A stretch of DNA of 44,452 nt, taken from NCBI GenBank assembly GCA_944363825.1, contig CALVVK010000001.1, positions 1 through 44,452 on the forward strand, written 5' to 3'. The stretch's first letter is position 1, and each line of letters opens with the position of its first letter. This document shows positions 27,950 to 36,591 of this stretch, piece after piece. A program made the position numbers and the translations under genes. The notes beneath the pieces were generated by a model. It ran no database searches, was not told the DNA's origin, and was given only the letters and a program-made list of their open reading frames with translations. This DNA comes from an uncultured Bacilli bacterium. Its GTDB lineage: Bacteria; Bacillota_I; Bacilli_A; RF39; UBA660.

Positions 27950-29524
27950 ATGCAAGAAACTTTAAATGAGACTCCTAAAAATAATGGCATTTTAGATATA
28001 TTAAAGACTCCATTTATAGTTTTATACAATATCATTGTTTATGCAGGTGTTGGTATTAAGGCTACATTCTTTGATTTATGGGTAAATTTATATAATGGGG
28101 CTAGTTATCAAGTAGATAAAACTTATCGGCATACGAAACAACAATTCATGGAAGAAGAAGATAAGATCTATGAAATGACGAAAAAGAAACCGAAGAAAGA
28201 AAAAGTATATAAATATAGTGCTAAAGTATTGGCCAAACTCGAAGAAGAAAAACGCGAATTAATGGTTGATTTGCAAAATGCTGGGGCGACGAGAAGTAAG
28301 ACACCTCATACATATCTTTATAAAGTTAAAGATACGCATGGTAGAATAATTAAAGGAACTATGAATGGTTTAAGTAAATTAGATATTAATTCTTATTTAC
28401 TTAGTGAAGGTTATGAAGTATATAGTATTAAAACTTCACCTTTTATAGATTTTGTTTATAAAGATTCTAGTTTTTTTGGTAAAAAAATGTCTAATAAGGA
28501 CTTAATATTTTGGCTTACCCAATTATCTACTTATATTAAAGCAGGATTAACATTAAATGAGTCGATTAAAATATTAACTACCCAAATGAAAGGGAATAAA
28601 GCTAGAACGACGGCTTTTAAAGCAATTTCTTATGAACTTACTTTGGGTGAATCTTTTTCTAGTGCTTTAGAAAAACAAGGTTCGATGTTTCCAGCATTAT
28701 TGATTAATATGATTAAAGCAGCTGAGGCCAGTGGGACATTAGTAGAAACGTTAGATGATATGGCAAATTATTACACGGAAATAAATGAAACTCATCGCCA
28801 AATGATAAGTGCGATGACTTATCCAACAATAATTACGGTCTTTGCTATTGGTGTTGTCATATTCATACTTATTTATGTGGTACCACAATTTACGGAAATC
28901 TATGCGACAAATAATACAGAAATAACCGGAATAACTAAAATTGTTGTTGATGCTAGTGCTTTTATTCAACGGGATTATATGTTAATTATAGGTATTATTT
29001 TAGGGACTGTTGTAACAGTAATGGTTTTATATAAAACTGTTAAAGCGTTTAAAACTGCTGTTCAAATATTTTTAATGCATATTCCAGTTATTAAAAATAT
29101 AATTATTTATAATGAATTAACGGTATTTTCGAAAACATTTGCATCTTTACTTCGTAATAATGTATTTATAACGGATAGTATGGATATTTTGAGTAGAATT
29201 ACAAATAATGAAATATATAGAGCAATTATGTATAAGACAATTAATAATATAATTAAAGGGGAAAAAATATCAGAAGCATTTAAAGATCACTGGGCTATAC
29301 CAAATGTTGCTTATTATATGATTGTTACAGGGGAATCAACTGGTGATCTTGCTAATATGATGCAAAAGGTAAGCGAATATTATCAATTATTGCATAAAAA
29401 TATTATTAATAACTTAAAATCGTTTATTGAACCAATCATGATTTCCTTTTTGGCGGTGATTGTTGGAATAATAATAATTGCTGTTATTGGGCCAATGTTT
29501 GATATGTATAATCAAATTGCTTAG
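27950..29524 (+). CDS. Type IV pilus/competence platform protein (GspF/PilC/ComGB family) with an ~120-aa N-terminal extension
   Basis: Two T2SSF repeats are present. The usual N-terminal motif (YLYKVKDTHGRIIKGTMNG) begins only at about residue 122. The 27950 start has an AAGGAAGG RBS. Confidence 0.85.
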   Translation: MQETLNETPKNNGILDILKTPFIVLYNIIVYAGVGIKATFFDLWVNLYNGASYQVDKTYRHTKQQFMEEEDKIYEMTKKKPKKEKVYKYSAKVLAKLEEEKRELMVDLQNAGATRSKTPHTYLYKVKDTHGRIIKGTMNGLSKLDINSYLLSEGYEVYSIKTSPFIDFVYKDSSFFGKKMSNKDLIFWLTQLSTYIKAGLTLNESIKILTTQMKGNKARTTAFKAISYELTLGESFSSALEKQGSMFPALLINMIKAAEASGTLVETLDDMANYYTEINETHRQMISAMTYPTIITVFAIGVVIFILIYVVPQFTEIYATNNTEITGITKIVVDASAFIQRDYMLIIGIILGTVVTVMVLYKTVKAFKTAVQIFLMHIPVIKNIIIYNELTVFSKTFASLLRNNVFITDSMDILSRITNNEIYRAIMYKTINNIIKGEKISEAFKDHWAIPNVAYYMIVTGESTGDLANMMQKVSEYYQLLHKNIINNLKSFIEPIMISFLAVIVGIIIIAVIGPMFDMYNQIA

Positions 29525-29538
29525 AATTGGGGTTTTTT

Positions 29539-30294
29539 ATGGCAGTATTATTGTTTTTCATCGGTGCAATTTTGGGTTCTTTTTACCTTGTAATAGGAAC
29601 AAGATTACCCAAGGGTGAGGATGTATTATTTTCTAGAAGTAAATGTGATAACTGTGGTCATGTATTAAAATGGTATAATTTAATACCTTTATTTTCATAT
29701 GTCATTCAACGGGGTAAATGTACTTTTTGTCATAAAAAAATTGCTAGTGAGCACTTCATTGTGGAATTAGCAACCGGTTTGTTATTTGTTTTTACTTATT
29801 ATATTTTTCCCTCTGGTTATTATTTTTATGGTGGTCTAATTATTAGTTCATTATTAATTATTATTTTTGTTAGTGATTTTAAATATATGGTTATATTAGA
29901 TTCTCCGTTAATTGTAACAGGGATACTATTTATTATCTTAAAATTAATATATTTTGGCTTTAAAGCCACATTAAGTAGTTTTTTATCTGGTATTGCTTTA
30001 TTTTTGGTTATGCTTTTATTGTTTCAAGTCGGCAAATTACTCTTCAAAAAAGAGGCTTTGGGTGGGGGAGATATTAAACTTTCCTTTATTATTGGGTTAA
30101 TTTTAGATTTTAATTTAGGTCTCACGGCTTTAGTTTTGTCGACATTTGTTGCCTTGCCATATGCTTTAGCATCTTTAGAAATTAAAAAAAATAATGAATT
30201 TCCGTACGGGCCATTTCTCGCCGGTTCATTATTTATAGTATTTTATAATTATGATAAATTTTTATTATTACTAGAATATTTATTTGCTTTTTAA
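29539..30294 (+). CDS. Prepilin peptidase (A24 family, PilD/ComC)
   Basis: Zinc-binding N-terminal motif CDNCGHVLKWYNLIPLFSYVIQRGKCTFC and catalytic GGGDIKL. The start is the ATG at 29539 or the TTG at 29527. Confidence 0.88.
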   Translation: MAVLLFFIGAILGSFYLVIGTRLPKGEDVLFSRSKCDNCGHVLKWYNLIPLFSYVIQRGKCTFCHKKIASEHFIVELATGLLFVFTYYIFPSGYYFYGGLIISSLLIIIFVSDFKYMVILDSPLIVTGILFIILKLIYFGFKATLSSFLSGIALFLVMLLLFQVGKLLFKKEALGGGDIKLSFIIGLILDFNLGLTALVLSTFVALPYALASLEIKKNNEFPYGPFLAGSLFIVFYNYDKFLLLLEYLFAF

Positions 30295-30383
30295 ATTAAA
30301 TAAGCAAGGACACCAGCAATAACACTGCCAACCATTAAAATTAACATTATCCAAACAGTAATTTTTTGGGCTTTTTTATTCAT
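30291..30383 (-). CDS. 30-aa single-TM small protein (DUF4044-like)
   Basis: MNKKAQKITVWIMLILMVGSVIAGVLAYLI with an AAGGAG RBS. It is too short to appear in the ORF track. Confidence 0.45.
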   Translation of the reverse strand: MNKKAQKITVWIMLILMVGSVIAGVLAYLI

Positions 30384-30465
30384 ATCTAAAATCACTCCTT
30401 AAAACTATATTAATAATTTATCATATTTTGCTTATTTTTTCAATATAATTAAGTGGTGATAATGA

Positions 30466-31044
30466 ATGTGGACAAGCACTAATAAGAAATTATCTTTGTT
30501 TTTAGGGATTATTTTTACTATTGGTATTATTCTCGGTTTTATATTTTTAATCTATCTAGATGAAGCAAATAAAGAAATAATTTATTTAAATATAAATGAA
30601 TGGTTACAAAATTTAAATACTTCTCACATTAATAATATTATTTCTCATATTGCGATACTTTCTTCCTTATTTATTTTAAGTCTTTTTATGGTAGGTATCC
30701 CTTTATCTTTATTTTTTGTCTTTTATAACGGTTTTAGTATTGGTTTTTTATTAATGGCTTTAATCGATATTTTTGGAATTAAAGGTTTATTGTATGGTTT
30801 AGTTTATGTAATTATAACTAAAGGAATTTATTTGTTCTTGGCACTATTATTTGTCTTAGCCTTAATCAAAATTGCTATTATGTTTCTTAAAGCCCTTATT
30901 AGTAAAGAAAAAATTAATAAAGATAGTTTAAGTAAATTATTAAAAAGAATATTCATTTGTATTGCGATAATTTTAATAAGTGATGTAATTTTATATTTTG
31001 GGGGGACTAAATTAATTAATGTCTTTAATTTTCTAATATTTTAG
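30466..31044 (+). CDS. SpoIIM/DUF95-family membrane protein
   Basis: Five or six TM segments and an N-terminus typical of the stage II sporulation protein M family. Confidence 0.6.
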   Translation: MWTSTNKKLSLFLGIIFTIGIILGFIFLIYLDEANKEIIYLNINEWLQNLNTSHINNIISHIAILSSLFILSLFMVGIPLSLFFVFYNGFSIGFLLMALIDIFGIKGLLYGLVYVIITKGIYLFLALLFVLALIKIAIMFLKALISKEKINKDSLSKLLKRIFICIAIILISDVILYFGGTKLINVFNFLIF

Positions 31045-31056
31045 AGTTAATAGCAC

Positions 31057-31085
31057 ATTTACATTTGTTTGGTTTTAAGGTATAC
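31057..31085 (+). promoter_or_regulatory. Candidate mnmA promoter
   Basis: TTTACA, 17 nt, TATACT. Confidence 0.45.
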
Positions 31086-31102
31086 TAAATATGTGATTAG
31101 TC

Positions 31103-32215
31103 ATGGAAAAAGTTATAGTTGGAATAAGTGGTGGTGTTGATTCTGCTGTTGCGGCATTACTCTTAAAAAGACAAGGTTATGATGTTGAAGGCTTATTCAT
31201 GCGGAATTGGGATAGTACGATTAATAATGATGTTTTAGGTAATCCTAATGATATTAATGCGATATGTCCCCAAGAACAAGATTATAACGATGCTTTAGAG
31301 TTATGTCAAAAACTAGGAATAAAATTGCACCGTGTTGATTTTATTAAGGAATATTGGGATTATGTGTTTACGTATTTTTTGGAAGAATTAAAAAAGGGGA
31401 GGACACCTAATCCAGATTTGTTATGTAATAAATTTATTAAGTTTGATTTATTTATCAAGGAAGCCAAGAAGTTAGGGGCTGATTGGGTAGCAACTGGCCA
31501 TTATGCGCGCATTAAAGATGGAAAGTTATTGCGAGCAGTTGATTTAAATAAAGATCAAACCTATTTTCTCGCGGATGTCCCAGCGGTGAATTTTCGCAAC
31601 GTTTTGTTCCCAATTGGGGATTATACGAAAGAGGAAGTGCGAAGTATCGCTTTAAAAGAGAATTTGAATGTGGCTAGGAAAAAGGATTCGACAGGTATTT
31701 GTTTTATTGGGGAGCGAAATTATCAACAGTTTATTGCTAATTATTTAAAACCGAATCCCGGGGATATTTTTGATGTTGCAACTGGGGAAGTTATTGGTAA
31801 GCATACTGGACTTATGAATTACACAATTGGTCAACGGCGCAATGTGGGTATTAGTGGTAATTTGAAAAGACATTATGTCTGCGGCAAAAGTGTTAAAGAC
31901 AATATTTTATATGTGGCTTTCGGGGAAGATAATAAATATTTAATGTCTGATGAGTGTGAAATTGAAAATGTAAATTTTATATCGGGTTTGAGACCAACAT
32001 TTTGTACCGCGAAATTTCGGTATCGGGATACAGATCATGCCGCACAATTAGAATATTTAGAAAATGGTAATATCAAAGTTAAGTATCCGGGACTCGCTAA
32101 GGCTGTTACCCCAGGGCAAGCCTGTGTTTTATATTTAGGTGAAGAGTGTTTGGGCTGTGGTTTTATTAAAAGTATTAAGAAAGATAATGCTAATTTGTGG
32201 TATTTACAAAACTAG
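31103..32215 (+). CDS. mnmA: tRNA 2-thiouridine(34) synthase
   Basis: PP-loop VGISGGVDSAVAALLL and the motif GLFMRNWD. Length is 370 aa. Confidence 0.95.
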   Translation: MEKVIVGISGGVDSAVAALLLKRQGYDVEGLFMRNWDSTINNDVLGNPNDINAICPQEQDYNDALELCQKLGIKLHRVDFIKEYWDYVFTYFLEELKKGRTPNPDLLCNKFIKFDLFIKEAKKLGADWVATGHYARIKDGKLLRAVDLNKDQTYFLADVPAVNFRNVLFPIGDYTKEEVRSIALKENLNVARKKDSTGICFIGERNYQQFIANYLKPNPGDIFDVATGEVIGKHTGLMNYTIGQRRNVGISGNLKRHYVCGKSVKDNILYVAFGEDNKYLMSDECEIENVNFISGLRPTFCTAKFRYRDTDHAAQLEYLENGNIKVKYPGLAKAVTPGQACVLYLGEECLGCGFIKSIKKDNANLWYLQN

Positions 32216-32218
32216 TAT

Positions 32219-32247
32219 TGATTTTAAGTGTTAAGTTATGTATAATA
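32219..32247 (+). promoter_or_regulatory. Candidate promoter
   Basis: TTGATT, 17 nt, TATAAT. Confidence 0.5.
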
Positions 32248-32276
32248 GAAGTGTAAATTAAAGAAGGTAGTGAAAA

Positions 32277-33047
32277 ATGGATAGACTAAATGAATTATTA
32301 CAAGAATTAGGATTGTCAAAAGTAAAATTGGCTAAGTATTTAGGAGTATCTCGGCAGATGGTGTATAATTACTTAGTCTTAGACAGTCTTGATAAGTGGC
32401 CAAAAGAAAAAAAGGTTTTATTATTACAATTATTAGATATTAAGGATGGTAGTGAGAAGACAATTAATAGTATAGTTGTTGATACGGAATATTTAATGGG
32501 TGTTGAAAAAAGACTTAATAATGCTATTAAGACCAGTAATACTAATGATACTAGTATTGATTATAGTGGCCTAAGTAAAGAAAATAAAAATTTGCTTAAC
32601 GATTTTATCTTTTTACTTAAAGAAAAATTGGAAGATGAAGATTCTAGTGAAGGAGCAGCCGTTAGATATTTGTATTACTTATTACAGTCGATGGATAATA
32701 TACCAGAAATTAAATATATTTTAGGTTATATGGCTAAATCGAATGGCTTTATTAAACCGGAGGAATTTGCTTTTGATGAAGATCGTCAATTTATTTTTGA
32801 AGGTATTTTGTATTCGGCTTTAACTTTATATAATAATGGTGGGGCTAGTAAAAGTAAGTTAGCCGAAAGCCATAAAAGGTTTATTCAAGAAATAGAACAA
32901 AAAAATGAAGAAAAACTTAGTAGAACGCAACAATTAAATACGGTCAAAATTCAGGCATTACGAGAACTTGGGTATAGTGATATTAATGCAAATAATGCAT
33001 CAGAAGTATTTGAAAAAATTGCGGAAATTCAATCGCGAAAAGTATAG
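32277..33047 (+). CDS. HTH (XRE-like) domain protein with a ~190-aa C-terminal domain of unknown function
   Basis: LGLSKVKLAKYLGVSRQMVYNYL. The rest of the protein has no recognisable motif. Confidence 0.6.
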   Translation: MDRLNELLQELGLSKVKLAKYLGVSRQMVYNYLVLDSLDKWPKEKKVLLLQLLDIKDGSEKTINSIVVDTEYLMGVEKRLNNAIKTSNTNDTSIDYSGLSKENKNLLNDFIFLLKEKLEDEDSSEGAAVRYLYYLLQSMDNIPEIKYILGYMAKSNGFIKPEEFAFDEDRQFIFEGILYSALTLYNNGGASKSKLAESHKRFIQEIEQKNEEKLSRTQQLNTVKIQALRELGYSDINANNASEVFEKIAEIQSRKV

Positions 33048-33059
33048 AGGAATGGAAAT

Positions 33060-33890
33060 ATGGAAAAAAAAGAAGTAAATAAAAGGGAAAATGATAAAAC
33101 CAATTTAATAATTACAATTGTTATTATTTTAATAATTATCGTTATAACTGTTGTATTTTTATTAATTCGTTTAAATAGATTAGATCCTAATAGTGATTTA
33201 GTTACCGAAATTTATAATTATATGGGAACTAATGATTTAGAAACATGTTCGGGTTTAATAACTTATAGTGATAATGCGGTCGAATATGATGATATTGAAA
33301 ATGAAATTCGGATTTGTAATGCTTATAGTTTATTAGAATTAGATAGAGCATCCCAATTGGTACTAGATAAAACGGAAGATGCTAATACCTGTAGTATTAA
33401 TGAAAATATTACTTTTGCAACTGATAATTATGAAGATGATGTTTGTACTGTTACCAAAGTTGCGAGTACCGAAATTAATAACCAATATAAGAAAATGTTT
33501 GGGCAAGATATAACGGATTATGAACAATTTTATTATAATGATAATACTATTTGTTATTATGAAGATGGTTATTACTATTGTGGGCTTACGGAAAGTTATA
33601 CAACAACAGTTGGGGCTTTACCGCACACTTATCGCAGTATTTCTAGTGCCGAAAAAGAAGATGATCAAATAATAATATATGATTATTTCTTAAAAACTAT
33701 TGGTGATGAGTGTTATATATCTTATACTGGTAGTGCAAGAAATGAGGCTTGTAGCGAGAATTATAATGCTGATGAGGAAATGGATTATGATTTTTTGAAG
33801 AAATATGGCACAAGGTATAAACATACTTTTCAAAAGACTGATAATGATAATTATTATTGGGTAAAAAGTGAGCCTGTAGAAGAAGACTAG
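33060..33890 (+). CDS. Membrane-anchored, Cys-rich extracytoplasmic protein (hypothetical)
   Basis: One N-terminal TM segment (LIITIVIILIIIVITVVFLLI) followed by an acidic domain with about 10 Cys. It starts 13 nt after the HTH gene. Confidence 0.6.
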   Translation: MEKKEVNKRENDKTNLIITIVIILIIIVITVVFLLIRLNRLDPNSDLVTEIYNYMGTNDLETCSGLITYSDNAVEYDDIENEIRICNAYSLLELDRASQLVLDKTEDANTCSINENITFATDNYEDDVCTVTKVASTEINNQYKKMFGQDITDYEQFYYNDNTICYYEDGYYYCGLTESYTTTVGALPHTYRSISSAEKEDDQIIIYDYFLKTIGDECYISYTGSARNEACSENYNADEEMDYDFLKKYGTRYKHTFQKTDNDNYYWVKSEPVEED

Positions 33891-33913
33891 TGCCAAAACA
33901 TTAGTCTTTTTAA
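33885..33913 (+). terminator. Rho-independent terminator
   Basis: AAGACTAGTG-ccaaaa-CATTAGTCTT (one G-U pair) followed by TTTT. Confidence 0.6.
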
Positions 33914-33937
33914 AAATATAAAAGTTAGTGAGGACAT

Positions 33938-34987
33938 ATGAATAAAGAAATATTAATAATAATACCTGCTTATAATCCCCCGATTAAATTATTCGAAGCC
34001 CTTTTAGCCAAGTTGGATGGGGCTTTTCAAAATGTTTTAATAGTAAATGATGGTTCAGATGAAACATATAATGATTTTTTTAAAAATGTAGAAAGGAAGT
34101 ACCGAGTTTTAAGACATGAATATAATTTAGGGAAGGGAAGAGCAATTAAAACGGCTTATAGTTATGCAATAGATAACTATCCGGATGTTTTAGCCTATGT
34201 GGTGATTGATTGTGATAATCAGCATGATGTCGATGATATGATTAATTGTTGTAAAGAAGCAATAGAGCACCCTGATAGTTTAGTTATTGGGGTTAGAGAC
34301 TTTTCTTTAGAAAACGTTCCATTTAAAAGTCGTTTTGGCAATATAATAACCCGAACAATGTTTAAATGGTTATTTAATTATGATATCAGTGACACGCAAA
34401 CTGGTCTTAGAGCCATTAGTCCTAAATTTGCCCCAAAACTTTTAAATGTGGCAGGAGATCGCTATAATTATGAACTTAAATGTTTAATTGTCTGTTGTGA
34501 AGAAAATATTCCCATAATTGAAGTTCCTATTAAAACTATCTATATTGAAAATAATAAGGAATCACGGTTTAATCCGGTGAAAGACTCAATTTTAATTTAT
34601 AAAGAATTTTTAAGTTATTATTTAAAATTGTTTATTCCTTATTTATTAGGTTTAATTATCTTTTTAATAACATTTTATTTTTGGAATTCTAGTGATGATT
34701 TGAAGGCTCTTGTATTAGTTAATTTTATTGCAGGAATTATTAATTTAGTTGCTAATATCTTAATTAATTATAAAAATATATATAAACATAATAATTTAAG
34801 TAATAATTTAGTATATATTTTAAAGAAAATACTAAAAATATTTATAGCAGGATTCTTTATTTATATTTGTTATAATTTACTTAACATTAATCTTTTAATA
34901 AGTAAGGTCATAATTGATATAATATTAACTATAATTATATATATGGTATTTAGAAATGTAGGCTTTAAGAATGAAAAAAAGAACTAA
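33938..34987 (+). CDS. Family 2 glycosyltransferase with a C-terminal multi-TM (GtrA-like) extension
   Basis: ILIIIPAYNP...NDGSDE...IDCDNQHD (DxD). The C-terminal ~130 aa is hydrophobic. Confidence 0.75.
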   Translation: MNKEILIIIPAYNPPIKLFEALLAKLDGAFQNVLIVNDGSDETYNDFFKNVERKYRVLRHEYNLGKGRAIKTAYSYAIDNYPDVLAYVVIDCDNQHDVDDMINCCKEAIEHPDSLVIGVRDFSLENVPFKSRFGNIITRTMFKWLFNYDISDTQTGLRAISPKFAPKLLNVAGDRYNYELKCLIVCCEENIPIIEVPIKTIYIENNKESRFNPVKDSILIYKEFLSYYLKLFIPYLLGLIIFLITFYFWNSSDDLKALVLVNFIAGIINLVANILINYKNIYKHNNLSNNLVYILKKILKIFIAGFFIYICYNLLNINLLISKVIIDIILTIIIYMVFRNVGFKNEKKN

Positions 34988-35618
34988 TATAGTTATAATT
35001 GTTATTTTAGCAATATTACTGATAATTGAAATAGTTTTAGTTAAGAATAATTATTTTAATAGTATAGATAGTTATGTATATAGTTATGTTGCTAAGTTTA
35101 TTAGTCCTGTTAATACAGCAATATTTAAGTTTTTTGCTTTTTTTGGTTCGGAAATATTTATAATTGGGTTAATTATATTAGTACCTTTACTTTATAAGAA
35201 AAGGGGTAGAGGAGTAGGGTTTGCTTTTATTTTAGTGTTATGTTTGTTATTTAACCAAGCCTTAAAGTTGATAGTGGCTCGTCATCGCCCGGAGATTAAT
35301 GTCTTAGTTGTGGAATCGAATTATAGTTTTCCCAGTGGTCATACGATGATTGCCGTAACTATTTTAATGTTATTATTATCATATTTGTGGTCTAGTAAAC
35401 GAGTAGGGAAAAAAGTATGGAAGATCGTTATGACAGTTTTATTAGTGATATTTGCGCTACTAATTATGCTTAGTCGCATTTATTTAGGAGTTCACTATTT
35501 CAGCGATATAATTGGTGGTATAACGGCTGCTTTACTTTTACTCGCTATAATTTATTACTACTACTCTTTTAAGTATAAAGTCCCCTACTTTCCTGATAAT
35601 AAAAATAGGGGAGTATAA
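34971..35618 (+). CDS. PAP2-family phosphatase (undecaprenyl-diphosphate / lipid phosphatase-like)
   Basis: KLIVARHRPE...PSGH...SRIYLGVHYFSD, the three PAP2 motifs. Confidence 0.85.
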   Translation: MKKRTNIVIIVILAILLIIEIVLVKNNYFNSIDSYVYSYVAKFISPVNTAIFKFFAFFGSEIFIIGLIILVPLLYKKRGRGVGFAFILVLCLLFNQALKLIVARHRPEINVLVVESNYSFPSGHTMIAVTILMLLLSYLWSSKRVGKKVWKIVMTVLLVIFALLIMLSRIYLGVHYFSDIIGGITAALLLLAIIYYYYSFKYKVPYFPDNKNRGV

Positions 35619-35653
35619 CCTTATATTTATATAAAATAATGTTTATACGCGCA

Positions 35654-35689
35654 TTATAACCTTATTAATATATTTAAATAAGGTTATAA
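35654..35689 (+). terminator. 13-bp perfect inverted repeat downstream of the PAP2 gene (terminator-like, no strong T-run)
   Basis: TTATAACCTTATT-aatatattta-AATAAGGTTATAA. Confidence 0.4.
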
Positions 35690-35856
35690 GTAAATAAAAT
35701 ATTTTATATTGATGAACACGTGTAATTATAATTTAAATTTATTTGGAATATGATTTGGGTTGATTTAGAAATTTGATTGTAATTAAATATTAGATTAAAA
35801 TTAATAATGGTATATGTAAATTATCATGAAAATGTTGTTATTTAGAAAATTATGAT

Positions 35857-35884
35857 ATTAAGAATAATATATATTATGTTAACT
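35857..35884. other. Candidate dif (Xer recombination) site
   Basis: ATTAAGAATAA-TATATA-TTATGTTAACT. The central hexamer and the XerD arm match B. subtilis dif (ACTTCCTAGAA-TATATA-TTATGTAAACT, from memory) at 16/17, and the E. coli XerD arm at 10/11. It lies in the gap between convergent gene blocks. Confidence 0.6.
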
Positions 35885-36020
35885 TAATTACGGGCAGATT
35901 TCCCGGAAATATGGGAAAAATAGCCTAAATTACCCTAAAATACTAATTATTGACTAATATTTTATTACTCTCTTTATATATATAACTATTTGCGAACGTA
36001 TATATGTTATTAGAAATAAT

Positions 36021-36051
36021 AAAAGATTCTAGTTTGTTCTAGAATCTTTTT
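36021..36051. terminator. 12-bp perfect-stem hairpin that could terminate transcription in either direction
   Basis: AAAAGATTCTAG-tttgtt-CTAGAATCTTTT followed by T. It lies 133 nt downstream of the gtrA-like stop. Confidence 0.55.
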
Positions 36052-36183
36052 CAGGGGTTTTAATAAATGACCAAAACACCGGATTTGACCAGATATAAGG
36101 AAACTTTTTGTTTCCTCAATTTGTATTTTAACATAATCTAAAATAAGAGTCCATAGGAGATGGTGTCTACTTTTGTCGAAGTT

Positions 36184-36591
36184 TTACTCCCCTGCTCTTT
36201 CAATAAATATCTTTCTAGTAATAAAATTATAAACCATGACGATACCTGTTGCGAGGATTTTACATAACATGTAATAAATATGTAATAAATCAACACCGAG
36301 ATACATTACTAATTGATTAATACCTAGGCCAAAAATACTTAAAATAACAAATACTGCAACTTCTTTGATAGTTTGCTTCATTTTGACATCAAATACCCAG
36401 AATATACTTAATATATAATTATAGACTAATGATACGGTAAAAGATATTATGGAAGATATTAAATAATGGATATGGCAAAACTCAGTTAAAACATATAATA
36501 GACCGGCATCAATTAAAAAGGCAGTAAAACCAACGATTCCAAAGCGGAATATTTGTTTAAATAATTTGCTATGAATAAATTTATTTATCAT
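36184..36591 (-). CDS. GtrA-family membrane protein (putative polyprenyl-phosphate-sugar flippase)
   Basis: RFGIVGFTAFLIDAGLLYVL, 4 TM segments, 135 aa. Confidence 0.8.
   Translation of the reverse strand: MINKFIHSKLFKQIFRFGIVGFTAFLIDAGLLYVLTEFCHIHYLISSIISFTVSLVYNYILSIFWVFDVKMKQTIKEVAVFVILSIFGLGINQLVMYLGVDLLHIYYMLCKILATGIVMVYNFITRKIFIERAGE

Noticed and set aside
36066-36140. 24-codon + strand ORF (MTKTPDLTRYKETFCFLNLYFNII) in the gap downstream of the gtrA-like gene
   Set aside because: It has no RBS, lies after a + strand terminator, and has no distinctive features.
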